The notes under the pieces were generated by a model that worked only from the letters and a program-made list of their open reading frames with translations, had not been told where the DNA came from and made no database searches. A stretch of DNA of 64,000 nucleotides, taken from positions 9,192 to 73,191 of the forward strand of contig JBHPDN010000001.1 in the NCBI GenBank assembly GCA_042577865.1, written 5' to 3'. A program made the translations under genes and the position numbers. Shown in pieces: positions 1 through 8,886 of this stretch. Each line of letters starts with the position of its first letter. Position 1 is the stretch's first letter. Source of the stretch: Nanobdellota archaeon. GTDB lineage: Archaea; Nanobdellota; Nanobdellia; Woesearchaeales; JAGLXL01.

Positions 1-243
1 ACAGGCAAACATAGCCGGATGAACAATACTTTCATGGTAAAGAAACTCATCTTTATCAGTTGTTTGAATAACCTTATCAAGCATCAAAATTTTCCCATAA
101 GCTTCTGAATCATAGACATTAATATTTTGAAAATCACTTTTCTTTTCCAAAAGAAGTTTAGTAAATTTCAAACCAATGATTTTTCTTTTGTCAGAAGATT
201 CCACAAAATAATTATTTTTTTCAAACTCTTCTTTAAAACTCAA
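1..243 (-). CDS. speE: Polyamine aminopropyltransferase (spermidine synthase family), N-terminal part, runs off window edge
   Basis: Not in the ORF track. Manual translation from TTG at 243 (TTGA overlap with the speD stop) gives MSFKEEFEK...KKSDFQNINVYDSEAYGKILMLDKVIQTTDKDEFLYHESIVHPAMFAC, the typical SpeE N-terminal domain (SxxQxI, GxxLxLD, DEFxYHE). Confidence 0.9.
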   Translation of the reverse strand, partial: MSFKEEFEKNNYFVESSDKRKIIGLKFTKLLLEKKSDFQNINVYDSEAYGKILMLDKVIQTTDKDEFLYHESIVHPAMFAC

Positions 244-593
244 TTTGATCCCTTCTCTTCCCGCTCAATGACCTCTTTGTTAAATTTCTCTGGCTTCATC
301 CGCTTGATTAAAAAATCAAAAGCCTTTTCAGCCGGTCCTGTGCCTGAACAGCTAAAGATATCAATGGCTGCTGTTCCATTTTCCGGCCAGGTATGGACAC
401 TGATGTGAGATTCAGCCAAAACAATCACTCCAGTAGCCCCATGAGGTTCAAATTGATGGAAGCTTTCACCAACTTTGGTAAAATTTGCTTCAGAAACAGT
501 TTCATTTAATATTTGTCGGAGTACTTCAGCGCTTTTCAAAACTTCAACAGGACACCCGAAAAAATCCGCTAGAATGTGAGTGCCCATCTTCAT
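240..593 (-). CDS. speD: S-adenosylmethionine decarboxylase proenzyme (class 1, pyruvoyl-dependent)
   Basis: MGTHILADFFGC, HQFEPHGATGVIVLAESHISVHTWPE (E-SH autocleavage), DIFSC. Confidence 0.92.
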   Translation of the reverse strand: MKMGTHILADFFGCPVEVLKSAEVLRQILNETVSEANFTKVGESFHQFEPHGATGVIVLAESHISVHTWPENGTAAIDIFSCSGTGPAEKAFDFLIKRMKPEKFNKEVIEREEKGSN

Positions 594-635
594 CGTCGTT
601 GTTCTCCATGTTCAGGGCATAAAATTAACTTCGAT

Positions 636-1157
636 TTAAAAATCTTTCGCTAATTTAGTCTTCCAATCGTCACCAGTATCAACCACCAAATGCTCTCTTT
701 TAACCGGCTCAAACATTTTCTTATAAATCAAATATATTTCAAAACCTGCTGTGCTGGCCCCTTCTTGTTTTTCAATTCTCTCTGCCATTCCTTTTTTAAC
801 TAATTCTTCTGGACAAATAATTTCAATTATCTCCAATTCGACACCAACTTCCTTAGCCATAAAAAAAGCTTTGTCTCTTACTTCTTTTTTATGAAAAGTC
901 CCGTCTAAAATAACATTCTTGCCTTCTTTCAACAAATCAACCATGTGTTTAAACATTTCTTCATAGACCACCATCCTTTCTTCTTCAGGAGAAACGTTTT
1001 CACTGCCATATTCCAAGTAATCCTTGCCAGAAAACAATTCTTTTCTAATCACATCAGTCCTCAATAACTCTGCCCCAATCTTCTCAGCTATGAATTTAGC
1101 CACCGTACTCTTGCCGGTTCCAGGCAGTCCGCAAACCATAATCAATCTAACCATCAA
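636..1157 (-). CDS. P-loop kinase, AAA_33/COG0645-like
   Basis: Walker A GLPGTGKST, RTDVIRKEL, VILDGTF. Confidence 0.8.
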   Translation of the reverse strand: MMVRLIMVCGLPGTGKSTVAKFIAEKIGAELLRTDVIRKELFSGKDYLEYGSENVSPEEERMVVYEEMFKHMVDLLKEGKNVILDGTFHKKEVRDKAFFMAKEVGVELEIIEIICPEELVKKGMAERIEKQEGASTAGFEIYLIYKKMFEPVKREHLVVDTGDDWKTKLAKDF

Positions 1158-1217
1158 AACTAGTAAACCTAACCCCTATAAAAAGTTTTATAAAGAAGAC
1201 CCAAACCACAGCCTCAA

Positions 1218-1511
1218 ATGGAAATACCAGGGTTAGCTAGGGATGTTGAAGAACAGGGAGAGAGACTATTTGAATATACATATACCCTAAAAAATTATGT
1301 CAGAGATATACCTGCAGTCTTAGCCAAAGCTGGTGTCACTCATGAAGAAAGCTCTCAGATTGTCAATGCCTTGACAGAAGAAAACTTTCCAACTTGTCAA
1401 CATCTGCTGCAAAACGCTTATAAAAGAGTCAAAGGTAAAAATAACCATGCTTACCGCCTTGATGGCTTGGCCAAAGAAGTTGAAATTATTTCTAGATTTA
1501 AAATAACTTAG
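1218..1511 (+). CDS. Hypothetical protein
   Basis: 97-aa ORF; TTTATAAA (1187-1194) ends 23 nt before the ATG. Confidence 0.65.
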   Translation: MEIPGLARDVEEQGERLFEYTYTLKNYVRDIPAVLAKAGVTHEESSQIVNALTEENFPTCQHLLQNAYKRVKGKNNHAYRLDGLAKEVEIISRFKIT

Positions 1512-1513
1512 TA

Positions 1514-1527
1514 ACTCAATTATGAGT
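1514..1527. promoter_or_regulatory. Candidate RbkR operator (ACTCA-N4-TGAGT inverted repeat)
   Basis: Perfect 5-bp arms located just upstream of the TATA-like TATTTAAG that precedes the ribK/rbkR start. Confidence 0.5.
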
Positions 1528-1566
1528 ATCATAAGATATTTAAGTAACCTATCTCTCTCGGGTTAA

Positions 1567-2196
1567 ATGAAACGTAAATTACTCTTATATTTAGCAGGAA
1601 AAACAGAATTATTCTCAGAACTACAGACCAGCACCAAAGAACTGGCCAAGGAGATTAAGTCCTCACAGCAGTCTGTTTCACGGCTTCTACAGGAACTGGA
1701 AAAACAAGGCCAAATCTCAAGAGTTTCTTCACCAAAGGGAATCAAAATCTCTCTCAAACAAGAAGCAGTTGAAAACCTGCAAAAAGATTTTATCACTCTC
1801 AAAAAAATATTTCAGCCGGAAAGAAAGTTAAAAGGCCATGTTATCCAGGGATTTGATGAAGGCAAATATTACATTGAAAAATATAAATCAAAAATAAAAC
1901 AAGCCTTGGGTTTTGAACCTTTTCCAGGAACCCTTAATATCAAAACCAACCCAGTTAAAGTTAAATCATTCTTAATGGATATCAATCCAATTATTATCAA
2001 ACCATTCACCACTAAAAACAGAAGTTTTGGTAGTGTTGAACTGTACAAAGTCAAAATCAACGGCATTGAAGGGGCCATCATCAAACCAGAAAGAACTAGG
2101 CACGATCTTAGTGTGGTTGAATTAACAACTTATATTGATTTAAATGAAATGTTCAAAGTAAAACAAGGCAAAGCTGTAGAGATAACCAAATATTAA
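1567..2196 (+). CDS. ribK: Winged-HTH + CTP-dependent riboflavin kinase (RbkR-type)
   Basis: N-terminal HTH (STKELAKEIKSSQQSVSRLLQELE); kinase motifs GFDEGKYYI, LGFEPFPGTLN, PERTRH. Confidence 0.9.
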   Translation: MKRKLLLYLAGKTELFSELQTSTKELAKEIKSSQQSVSRLLQELEKQGQISRVSSPKGIKISLKQEAVENLQKDFITLKKIFQPERKLKGHVIQGFDEGKYYIEKYKSKIKQALGFEPFPGTLNIKTNPVKVKSFLMDINPIIIKPFTTKNRSFGSVELYKVKINGIEGAIIKPERTRHDLSVVELTTYIDLNEMFKVKQGKAVEITKY

Positions 2197-2197
2197 A

Positions 2198-3103
2198 ATG
2201 GAAAAAAATCAAAAAATCATTGGTGCAGTTTTAATCAGTCTGGCTGCTATTCTTTGGGGTTTAGATGGTGTGGTCTTAACTCCCAGACTTTTCAATCTTG
2301 ATGTGGGTTTTGTTGTTTTCATGCTTCATGCCATTCCTTTTGTTCTCATGAATATTTTCCTTTTCAAGGAATACAAGAATTTAGCCAAATTCACCAAACA
2401 AGATTTCTTTTGGTTTGGACTCATTGCTCTTTTTGGTGGAGCTATTGGTACTCTTTCAATTGTCAAAGCTTTATTCCTGGTTAATTTCCAACACCTGTCA
2501 GTTGTTGTCCTGTTGCAAAAATTACAGCCAGTCTTTGCCATTATTTTGGCAGCTATCCTTCTCAGGGAAAAAATCAAAAAGAATTTTGCTCTCTGGGCAG
2601 TCATTGCTATTGCTGCCAGTTATTTCCTGACATTTGGTCTGCACCTTCCTGATTTCCAGACAGGCAATATTGGTATGGCTGCTCTTTATGCCTTGCTAGC
2701 AGCTTTCTCATTCGGCAGCGCCACTGTTTTCGGGAAAAAAGTCCTTAACAAATACAATTTCAAGACAGCCACTTTCTTTAGATTTGGTTTTACTGCTTTT
2801 ATCATGTTTATTTATGTTATCTTTACCAGAAAAATAACCCAACTCTCAGTCACCACTCCAACCAACTGGCTTATCTTCCTAATCATCGCTTTTACCACAG
2901 GTTCTGGAGCAATTTTCATTTATTATTACGGTCTTAAAAAAGTTAAAGCCAGCATTTCAACCATCTGTGAACTTTTCTTTCCGGTCTCAGCCATTGTTTT
3001 TGATTATTTAGTCAATGGCCATGTGCTTTCTGTTGTCCAGTGGATTTCAGCTCTTGTTCTAGTTGCTGCTGTTATTAAAATTAGTTTGGATAATGCTAAG
3101 TAA
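2198..3103 (+). CDS. EamA/DMT transporter, ImpX-like putative riboflavin transporter
   Basis: About 10 TM helices in two EamA repeats. WGLDGVVLTPRL and KALFLVNFQHLSVVVLLQKLQP resemble Fusobacterium ImpX as I recall it. Starts 1 nt after the ribK stop. Confidence 0.8.
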   Translation: MEKNQKIIGAVLISLAAILWGLDGVVLTPRLFNLDVGFVVFMLHAIPFVLMNIFLFKEYKNLAKFTKQDFFWFGLIALFGGAIGTLSIVKALFLVNFQHLSVVVLLQKLQPVFAIILAAILLREKIKKNFALWAVIAIAASYFLTFGLHLPDFQTGNIGMAALYALLAAFSFGSATVFGKKVLNKYNFKTATFFRFGFTAFIMFIYVIFTRKITQLSVTTPTNWLIFLIIAFTTGSGAIFIYYYGLKKVKASISTICELFFPVSAIVFDYLVNGHVLSVVQWISALVLVAAVIKISLDNAK

Positions 3104-3111
3104 AATTCTAA

Positions 3112-3183
3112 TGGACTCGCCGGGAGTCGAACCCGGAGTCTCATCATAGCCAATGATGTGTCATACCATTAGACCACAAGCCC
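3112..3183 (-). tRNA. tRNA-Ala (GGC), no intron, CCA not encoded
   Basis: Reverse complement GGGCTTG...CGAGTCC-A: acceptor stem with G3:U70 alanine determinant, anticodon arm CATCA-TTGGCTA-TGATG, T arm CCGGG-TTCGACT-CCCGG. Confidence 0.95.
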
Positions 3184-3272
3184 ATTAAAGCAAAATAATA
3201 AACCAGTTCTTTAAAAATTTATCTATAAAAAACAAAGAAAAATTTATAAACAAATAAGGAAAAGCACCCGGC

Positions 3273-4502
3273 ATGAATGAAAAAACAAAGCAACTCAAGG
3301 AAAAGTACGAGAAGTCAGATGCTTGGGGTTTATGGACTAGTATTGACATGAAAGGTTGTAATCCTGAAACTATCAGAGATGCAGAAAAAGTCAAGCAGTT
3401 TGCCAAGGAACTCTGTGAGCTGATTGATATGAAGCGCTACGGAGAGACCGTTGTTGTTGATTTTGGTGAAGATGAAAGAGTGGCCGGCTTTTCCATGACT
3501 CAGCTGATTGAAACTTCATTGGTTTCAGGGCATTTTGCCAACAAGACCAACAGTGTTTACATCGACATCTTTTCCTGCAAGTGGTATGATCCGCAAGTTG
3601 CTGCTGCTTTCACTAAAAAATTCTTTGGCGCTGAAGATGCCAATGTTAACAGTGTTATCAGAAGCGAAGTTTGGTTTGAAGAAGCCATAGAATTTGCCAA
3701 AGGCTCTAATATTAGAATCCAAATCAAAGAAAAACTTTTTTCCAAACAGTCAGATTACCAACTGGTTGAAGTTTATGAAACAGTTCCATTCGGCAAGATG
3801 ATGGTTATCGACGGCATGATCATGATGACTGAAGCAGATGAGTTCTGCTACCATGAAATGATTTCTCATGTTGCACTTTGCACTCATCCCAATCCTAAAA
3901 AAGTATTGGTAGTTGGAGCAGGAGATGGTGGCGTTATCAGAGAGGTTATTAAGCATGAAGGCGTAGAACTGATTGATCATTGTGAAATTGATGAAGAAGT
4001 CATTAATGCCTCTAAGGAATTTTTCCCGGAAATTGCTCAGGAACTTGACAATCCTAAAGTCAACCGCATTATTCAAGATGCTGTTGAACACATTAAAAAC
4101 CATCAGGATTATTATGATGTCATTCTTGTTGATTCTACAGACCCTGTCGGGCCTGCTGAACCTTTGTTTAGAAGACCATTTTATGAAGACTGTAAAGATG
4201 CCTTGAATGACACAGGTATCTTGGTTACTCAAGCTGAATCAATTTTTTATCATAAAAAAATAATCACCGAATTGTTTGCCAAAACAGAAGGCCTCTTCCC
4301 GATTATGAAGTACTATTACACCATGATTCCTACTTACCCTAGTGGTATGATTGGCTTTACTTTTTGTTCCAAAAAATACCATCCTCTTGATGATTTTAAT
4401 CAAGCAGAAGCAGAAAAACTAACTGATTTGCAGTATTATAACAAGGATATCCACAAAGCTTGCTTTGCCTTACCAACCTTTGCTCAGAAGTTTATTGGAT
4501 AG
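3273..4502 (+). CDS. Fusion of an AdoMetDC-like pyruvoyl decarboxylase domain and spermidine synthase
   Basis: First ~130 aa SpeD-like (SIDMKGC, QLIETSLVSGHF, YIDIFSCK). C-terminal SpeE: SDYQ, DEFCYHEM, VLVVGAGDGG, EID, DSTDPVGPA, PTYPSG. Confidence 0.9.
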   Translation: MNEKTKQLKEKYEKSDAWGLWTSIDMKGCNPETIRDAEKVKQFAKELCELIDMKRYGETVVVDFGEDERVAGFSMTQLIETSLVSGHFANKTNSVYIDIFSCKWYDPQVAAAFTKKFFGAEDANVNSVIRSEVWFEEAIEFAKGSNIRIQIKEKLFSKQSDYQLVEVYETVPFGKMMVIDGMIMMTEADEFCYHEMISHVALCTHPNPKKVLVVGAGDGGVIREVIKHEGVELIDHCEIDEEVINASKEFFPEIAQELDNPKVNRIIQDAVEHIKNHQDYYDVILVDSTDPVGPAEPLFRRPFYEDCKDALNDTGILVTQAESIFYHKKIITELFAKTEGLFPIMKYYYTMIPTYPSGMIGFTFCSKKYHPLDDFNQAEAEKLTDLQYYNKDIHKACFALPTFAQKFIG

Positions 4503-4593
4503 ACTAATATACTTTTTTCTCTACTCATAGCCCTAAAACCACAACCTTTATATATAAAAAAAATTTACTTAGGTTGGGGGAATAGACAAGAAA

Positions 4594-4980
4594 ATGGTAA
4601 TCTTATTTGACCAATTCAACTTACCTGACGACATTTTTAAGATTGTTTTTGCTACAGACCAGCAGGAAGTTGTGGCTAAATTGCTTCTTCAGTATATTAA
4701 AGAAAATGGGGGGGAAATCGGTAAGACAGAAATGTCCATATTTGCCACCAGATTACATGAAGGCAATCTAGTTGACACCTCAGTGCCCAAGGGCCCGCAA
4801 ATCAAAAAAGAAAACAAGATTTCCTATAACAAAAGGCAGTTTTATGACAGAATTCTAACACCCATGAAATCTATGGGTCTGATTGATTACGACCTTTACA
4901 AAAAAACCTACAAGATTTCAGACAAATTCAACCGATTAATGATTAGGATTGGTCTGCTGTGGTTAAGAGAAATCAGGTAA
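4594..4980 (+). CDS. Hypothetical protein, possible winged-helix
   Basis: 128 aa with its own TATA; C-terminal FYDRILTPMKSMGLIDYDLYKKTYKIS looks like a recognition helix plus wing. Confidence 0.7.
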   Translation: MVILFDQFNLPDDIFKIVFATDQQEVVAKLLLQYIKENGGEIGKTEMSIFATRLHEGNLVDTSVPKGPQIKKENKISYNKRQFYDRILTPMKSMGLIDYDLYKKTYKISDKFNRLMIRIGLLWLREIR

Positions 4981-5700
4981 TTCTTCTTCTTCAATTTCTT
5001 CATCAGCTATTAGACCAGACAAAGTACTGATAGAATGAGGTTCCAAACCGTCAAAGCGTCTTATATCTTCTTCTAATTGGTCTGGTGACAAAGAACTATA
5101 AACATTTTCGATTAAATCTTGCACTGCATCCTGGTCATAACCATCAGGATAGATGCACATAGCTCTGGAATGAGTAACCTCATAGTAAGCCAGAGTCATC
5201 ATATCTCTTTTTGGAGGTAGAGAACCATTTTCAAATCTTAGGGCTAAACTGCAAACCAAACCTACACCTTCTTGTGGGTTTCCACCTAAAAAACTGGCAT
5301 GAAACCAAGCTACATCTCTTGGGGCAGTTTCCATTTTTTCTGTAGGAACAACACCATAAGTGACTTCTAAAATCCTTCCAATCTCCAAACCCTCTTCGTC
5401 ATCAGAAACAATTTGATCCTTGATTGATTCAAAGAAGTCTTCGTCTTGTGAAATGAAACCTGTCATCTGCTCAGGAGACAAAGAATCCATAAGATTTTCT
5501 AAATCTGTTCTTGGTTTTTCACCTAAAGAACTCAAAGCAGAAAATTGGGCGCACTTCTTGCCCAAGTATTGAAAAACTTCACGCTTGATTTTTTCTTGAT
5601 ACAGCCCTAAGACTACCACCATATGATTCTGAAAATCTTCGGTTTGTTGAGAATAAACCGCACCGTCAACAATTTGTTCATATCCCTGCAATTCAATCAT
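4963..5700 (-). CDS. Acidic hypothetical protein
   Basis: 245-aa ORF with upstream TATA; no recognised family. Confidence 0.75.
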   Translation of the reverse strand: MIELQGYEQIVDGAVYSQQTEDFQNHMVVVLGLYQEKIKREVFQYLGKKCAQFSALSSLGEKPRTDLENLMDSLSPEQMTGFISQDEDFFESIKDQIVSDDEEGLEIGRILEVTYGVVPTEKMETAPRDVAWFHASFLGGNPQEGVGLVCSLALRFENGSLPPKRDMMTLAYYEVTHSRAMCIYPDGYDQDAVQDLIENVYSSLSPDQLEEDIRRFDGLEPHSISTLSGLIADEEIEEEELPDFS

Positions 5701-5759
5701 AACAAAACACCAGATTTAATTTCTCTTTTTAAAGATTTATTTACTGGAGAACATCTATT

Positions 5760-7067
5760 TTACTCTTTCATCAGTTCTTTAGCCCCTTCAGAAGGTGCTC
5801 CCCAAGGGCCGCAAGGACCATCGCCCCTCCATCCCAAAATTGTCTTGTAAAGCTTAGGGATATTTCCTTTTTTAATCTGCCACTCAGAAGTTTCATATTT
5901 GTGTTCTTTTTCAAGAATTGCCAACTTCCTAAAGTCATCAGAAGACGCCAAAAGAGTCCTTAAGGTTGTTGTCCTGCGGCCTCTTCCGTAAGCAGTAGCT
6001 TCACCAACATAGATTGTCAAAGCATCTTCTATGGGGAAAATTTCCAGGGGGCCTGCTTTTTTAACACGGGACAACAGACACATATAACGATCAAGAAATG
6101 CTTCTTCATTATCCATATAATCGTCTTCATCGTCTTTATAATCATCTTCTATGGATTCCTTTGGTTTAACAGGAAGGGGCTTTTTTTTAAAAAAATCAAA
6201 TTCTAATTGGATATATTTGTCATCACCATAATTGTAATCATCATCTTCCCAAGTCTCTGTTTCTGTCTCTTTTTTTATGTAGATTGTCACACTTGAATCA
6301 TCTTGAGAATAAGGTTCAAGCCAACCCATAACAAATCCAAAATATCTTTGCCATCTATTCTCTCCAACATCCTCCAAGACCATCAGTTCTGGAGATGGTG
6401 ATGGTTCAGCAGGAGTTTTTTTCTTTAATCTTTTTTTCTTCAATCGATAAGAAGCTTCAGGTTTTTCGTTAATCATCTTTTCAAAATATTTTAGTAAACA
6501 ATCAGAAAAATCAGGTACATCCTGCTCATGGACCATATAAACAGCCCTCTTCCTTTTTCCTTTTTTTCTATGCCCACAATAACTGATCGCTCCCTGCAAT
6601 TCCTCATCTTCACCTATATGTTTCAATACAAAATTAATAAAATAGGCAGGGTTTACATCTTCAATTCCGGATTCTTCAAAAAGATTCCCAGTAACCTCTT
6701 CAAGAGTAAAAAAATCTTCTCGATTGCCGTAATTATAAAGAATATACTTGTTCAAAGAAGGCATATCATCAATCTTGACAAAGAAAATATCTTTCTTGAA
6801 CTTTCGGCCAAAATAATTAACAAGCTTTGCCATAGGCCCATTATTAGGATCTCTGTTTCTCTCTCTTTTCAAACGTTTCATGATTGTAGAAACACTGGCT
6901 TCTAAACCATTTTCTTCAACCACTTCAGAAACATACTCTTCTAATTCAAAAGCTTCATTTTTTATACATAATTCAGTACAGAAAATTTTCCAGTCAGCTT
7001 CTTCAAGAATTCCATCAACTCTTTTACACTCTTTATCTACCTCTCTTGATAAGTCACTGTCAACCAT
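5760..7067 (-). CDS. Hypothetical protein with acidic/basic low-complexity linkers
   Basis: 435-aa ORF; upstream TTTATAAA; no recognised family. Confidence 0.8.
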   Translation of the reverse strand: MVDSDLSREVDKECKRVDGILEEADWKIFCTELCIKNEAFELEEYVSEVVEENGLEASVSTIMKRLKRERNRDPNNGPMAKLVNYFGRKFKKDIFFVKIDDMPSLNKYILYNYGNREDFFTLEEVTGNLFEESGIEDVNPAYFINFVLKHIGEDEELQGAISYCGHRKKGKRKRAVYMVHEQDVPDFSDCLLKYFEKMINEKPEASYRLKKKRLKKKTPAEPSPSPELMVLEDVGENRWQRYFGFVMGWLEPYSQDDSSVTIYIKKETETETWEDDDYNYGDDKYIQLEFDFFKKKPLPVKPKESIEDDYKDDEDDYMDNEEAFLDRYMCLLSRVKKAGPLEIFPIEDALTIYVGEATAYGRGRRTTTLRTLLASSDDFRKLAILEKEHKYETSEWQIKKGNIPKLYKTILGWRGDGPCGPWGAPSEGAKELMKE

Positions 7068-7187
7068 TAAATTAAAGCAAATACAAAACCCGTTTATAAA
7101 AATTTAGGTCTAAATTTTACTGCCAACTAGGGGTGGATTTCATAAAAAACAATAAACTTTAATAACTCAAAAAAACTCCCACAACTT

Positions 7188-8879
7188 ATGAAAGATTTAA
7201 TCCTCAAGCATGCTCTTAAGAATGCCATGGAATTTGAAGGTAAACCAAATCCTGGTGCTGTTCTTGGCCGTGTTCTTTCAGAAAAACCAGAATTAAAAAA
7301 AGACATTCCTAAACTCAGAAAGGATATTGAAATTGTCATCAAAGGCATAGAAAAACTTTCATTAGAAGAACAGCAAAAAAAATTAAAATCACTGGCTCCA
7401 GAATTGTTGAAAGAAAAAAAAGAAAAAAAGAAAGGTCTGGAACTTCCAAAAGCTCAAAAAGGAAAAGTGGTCTTAAGAATTGCACCTTCTCCTTCAGGAC
7501 CATTGCACATTGGCCATGCTTATGGCGGTTCTCTTAATTTTGAATATGCCCAGGCTTACAACGGCAAATTCATTGTCAGGATTGAAGATACCAATCCAGA
7601 AAATATTTATCCAAAAGCTTACGACTTAATCAAAGACGATACTCAATGGCTGACCAACAACAAAGTCACAGAATTTATCATCCAGTCAGAAAGACTGGGA
7701 CTTTATTATGATTACGCAGAAAAATTAGTCACTATGGACAAGGCTTATGTCTGTACCTGTGACGTTGACCAGTGGCGGAAACTTAAAGCAGATTCACAGG
7801 CCTGTCCTTGCAGAAACCTCTCAGTCAAAGAACAGCAAATCAGATACGCCAAGATGTTTAATGAATATGCAGAAGGAGAAGCAGTTCTCAAATTAAAAAC
7901 AGATATCCAGGACAAAAACCCCGCTATGAGAGATTTTTCTATCATGAGAATTAATGAACATGTTCATCCTAAAACCAAAAAAGAAAACCGCGTCTGGCCT
8001 TTAATGGTTTACAGTGTTGCTGTTGATGATCATGAACTGGGCATGACTCATGTCCTTAACGGCAAAGACCATGCTGACAACGGAAAAAAAGAAGCCACCA
8101 TCATGGAATATCTCGGCTGGAAACCTCCAGTCTACAAACATTGGGGCAGGATTAATTTCAAAGGTCTCACTCTTAGCACATCTCAAACTAAAAAAGAGAT
8201 TGAACAAAAAAAATACAACGGCTGGGATGATATCAGGCTGCCTTTCCTCATGGCTTTAAGAAGAAGGGGTTATCAACCAGAAGCTCTCAGGAAATTCGCT
8301 TTAAGCATTGGATTAAGCCTCACAGACAAAACTGTTTCTAAAGAAGAGTTTTTCAAAGCCATCAATGCTTTCAATAAAGAGATCATTGAATCAAAAGCCA
8401 ATAGATATTTCCTTATCCAAAACAAAAAGAAGATAAAAATTAAAGGTGCCCAGTCACAGGAATGCCAAGTTCCACTGCATCCAGATCATAGAAAAAGAGG
8501 CTACCGTAAATTCAAAACCAGAGATTCTTTCTACATCACTGCTAAAGACTTTGAAAGATTAAAAACAAACAAAGTTCATCGGCTCATGGACTGCCTTAAC
8601 TTTGTCAAAAAAGGCAAGGAGTTTGTTTTCCATTCTACAGATTATCAGGATTACAAAAACGCTGCCGATCAGGGCATCATTATCCACTGGCTGCCTCTGG
8701 AAGAAAAATACATCAATGTTGAAGTTCTCATGGAAGACAACACCAAAGTTACTGGCCTTGGTGAATACCAATTGAAAAACTTAAAACAAGGAGACATCAT
8801 CCAGTTCGAAAGATTCTGCTTCTGCAGACTGGATAAAAAGACCAAAGACAAGTTATCATTTTGGTTTACACACAAATAA
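7188..8879 (+). CDS. gltX: Glutamate--tRNA ligase (archaeal type)
   Basis: RIAPSPSGPLHIGH, RIEDTNP, LSTS, GWDDIRL, QFERF. Confidence 0.97.
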   Translation: MKDLILKHALKNAMEFEGKPNPGAVLGRVLSEKPELKKDIPKLRKDIEIVIKGIEKLSLEEQQKKLKSLAPELLKEKKEKKKGLELPKAQKGKVVLRIAPSPSGPLHIGHAYGGSLNFEYAQAYNGKFIVRIEDTNPENIYPKAYDLIKDDTQWLTNNKVTEFIIQSERLGLYYDYAEKLVTMDKAYVCTCDVDQWRKLKADSQACPCRNLSVKEQQIRYAKMFNEYAEGEAVLKLKTDIQDKNPAMRDFSIMRINEHVHPKTKKENRVWPLMVYSVAVDDHELGMTHVLNGKDHADNGKKEATIMEYLGWKPPVYKHWGRINFKGLTLSTSQTKKEIEQKKYNGWDDIRLPFLMALRRRGYQPEALRKFALSIGLSLTDKTVSKEEFFKAINAFNKEIIESKANRYFLIQNKKKIKIKGAQSQECQVPLHPDHRKRGYRKFKTRDSFYITAKDFERLKTNKVHRLMDCLNFVKKGKEFVFHSTDYQDYKNAADQGIIIHWLPLEEKYINVEVLMEDNTKVTGLGEYQLKNLKQGDIIQFERFCFCRLDKKTKDKLSFWFTHK

Positions 8880-8886
8880 AGAATTC

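Noticed and set aside
127..408. 93-aa plus-strand ORF
   Set aside because: Antisense shadow of speD/speE.
3112..3183. tRNA as integration site of an island
   Set aside because: No duplicated tRNA 3' end or integrase noticed in the window.
3750..4232. 160-aa minus-strand ORF and similar long antisense ORFs (10058..10438, 46841..47239, 57999..58439)
   Set aside because: They lie opposite well-supported genes and have shadow-like composition with no motifs.
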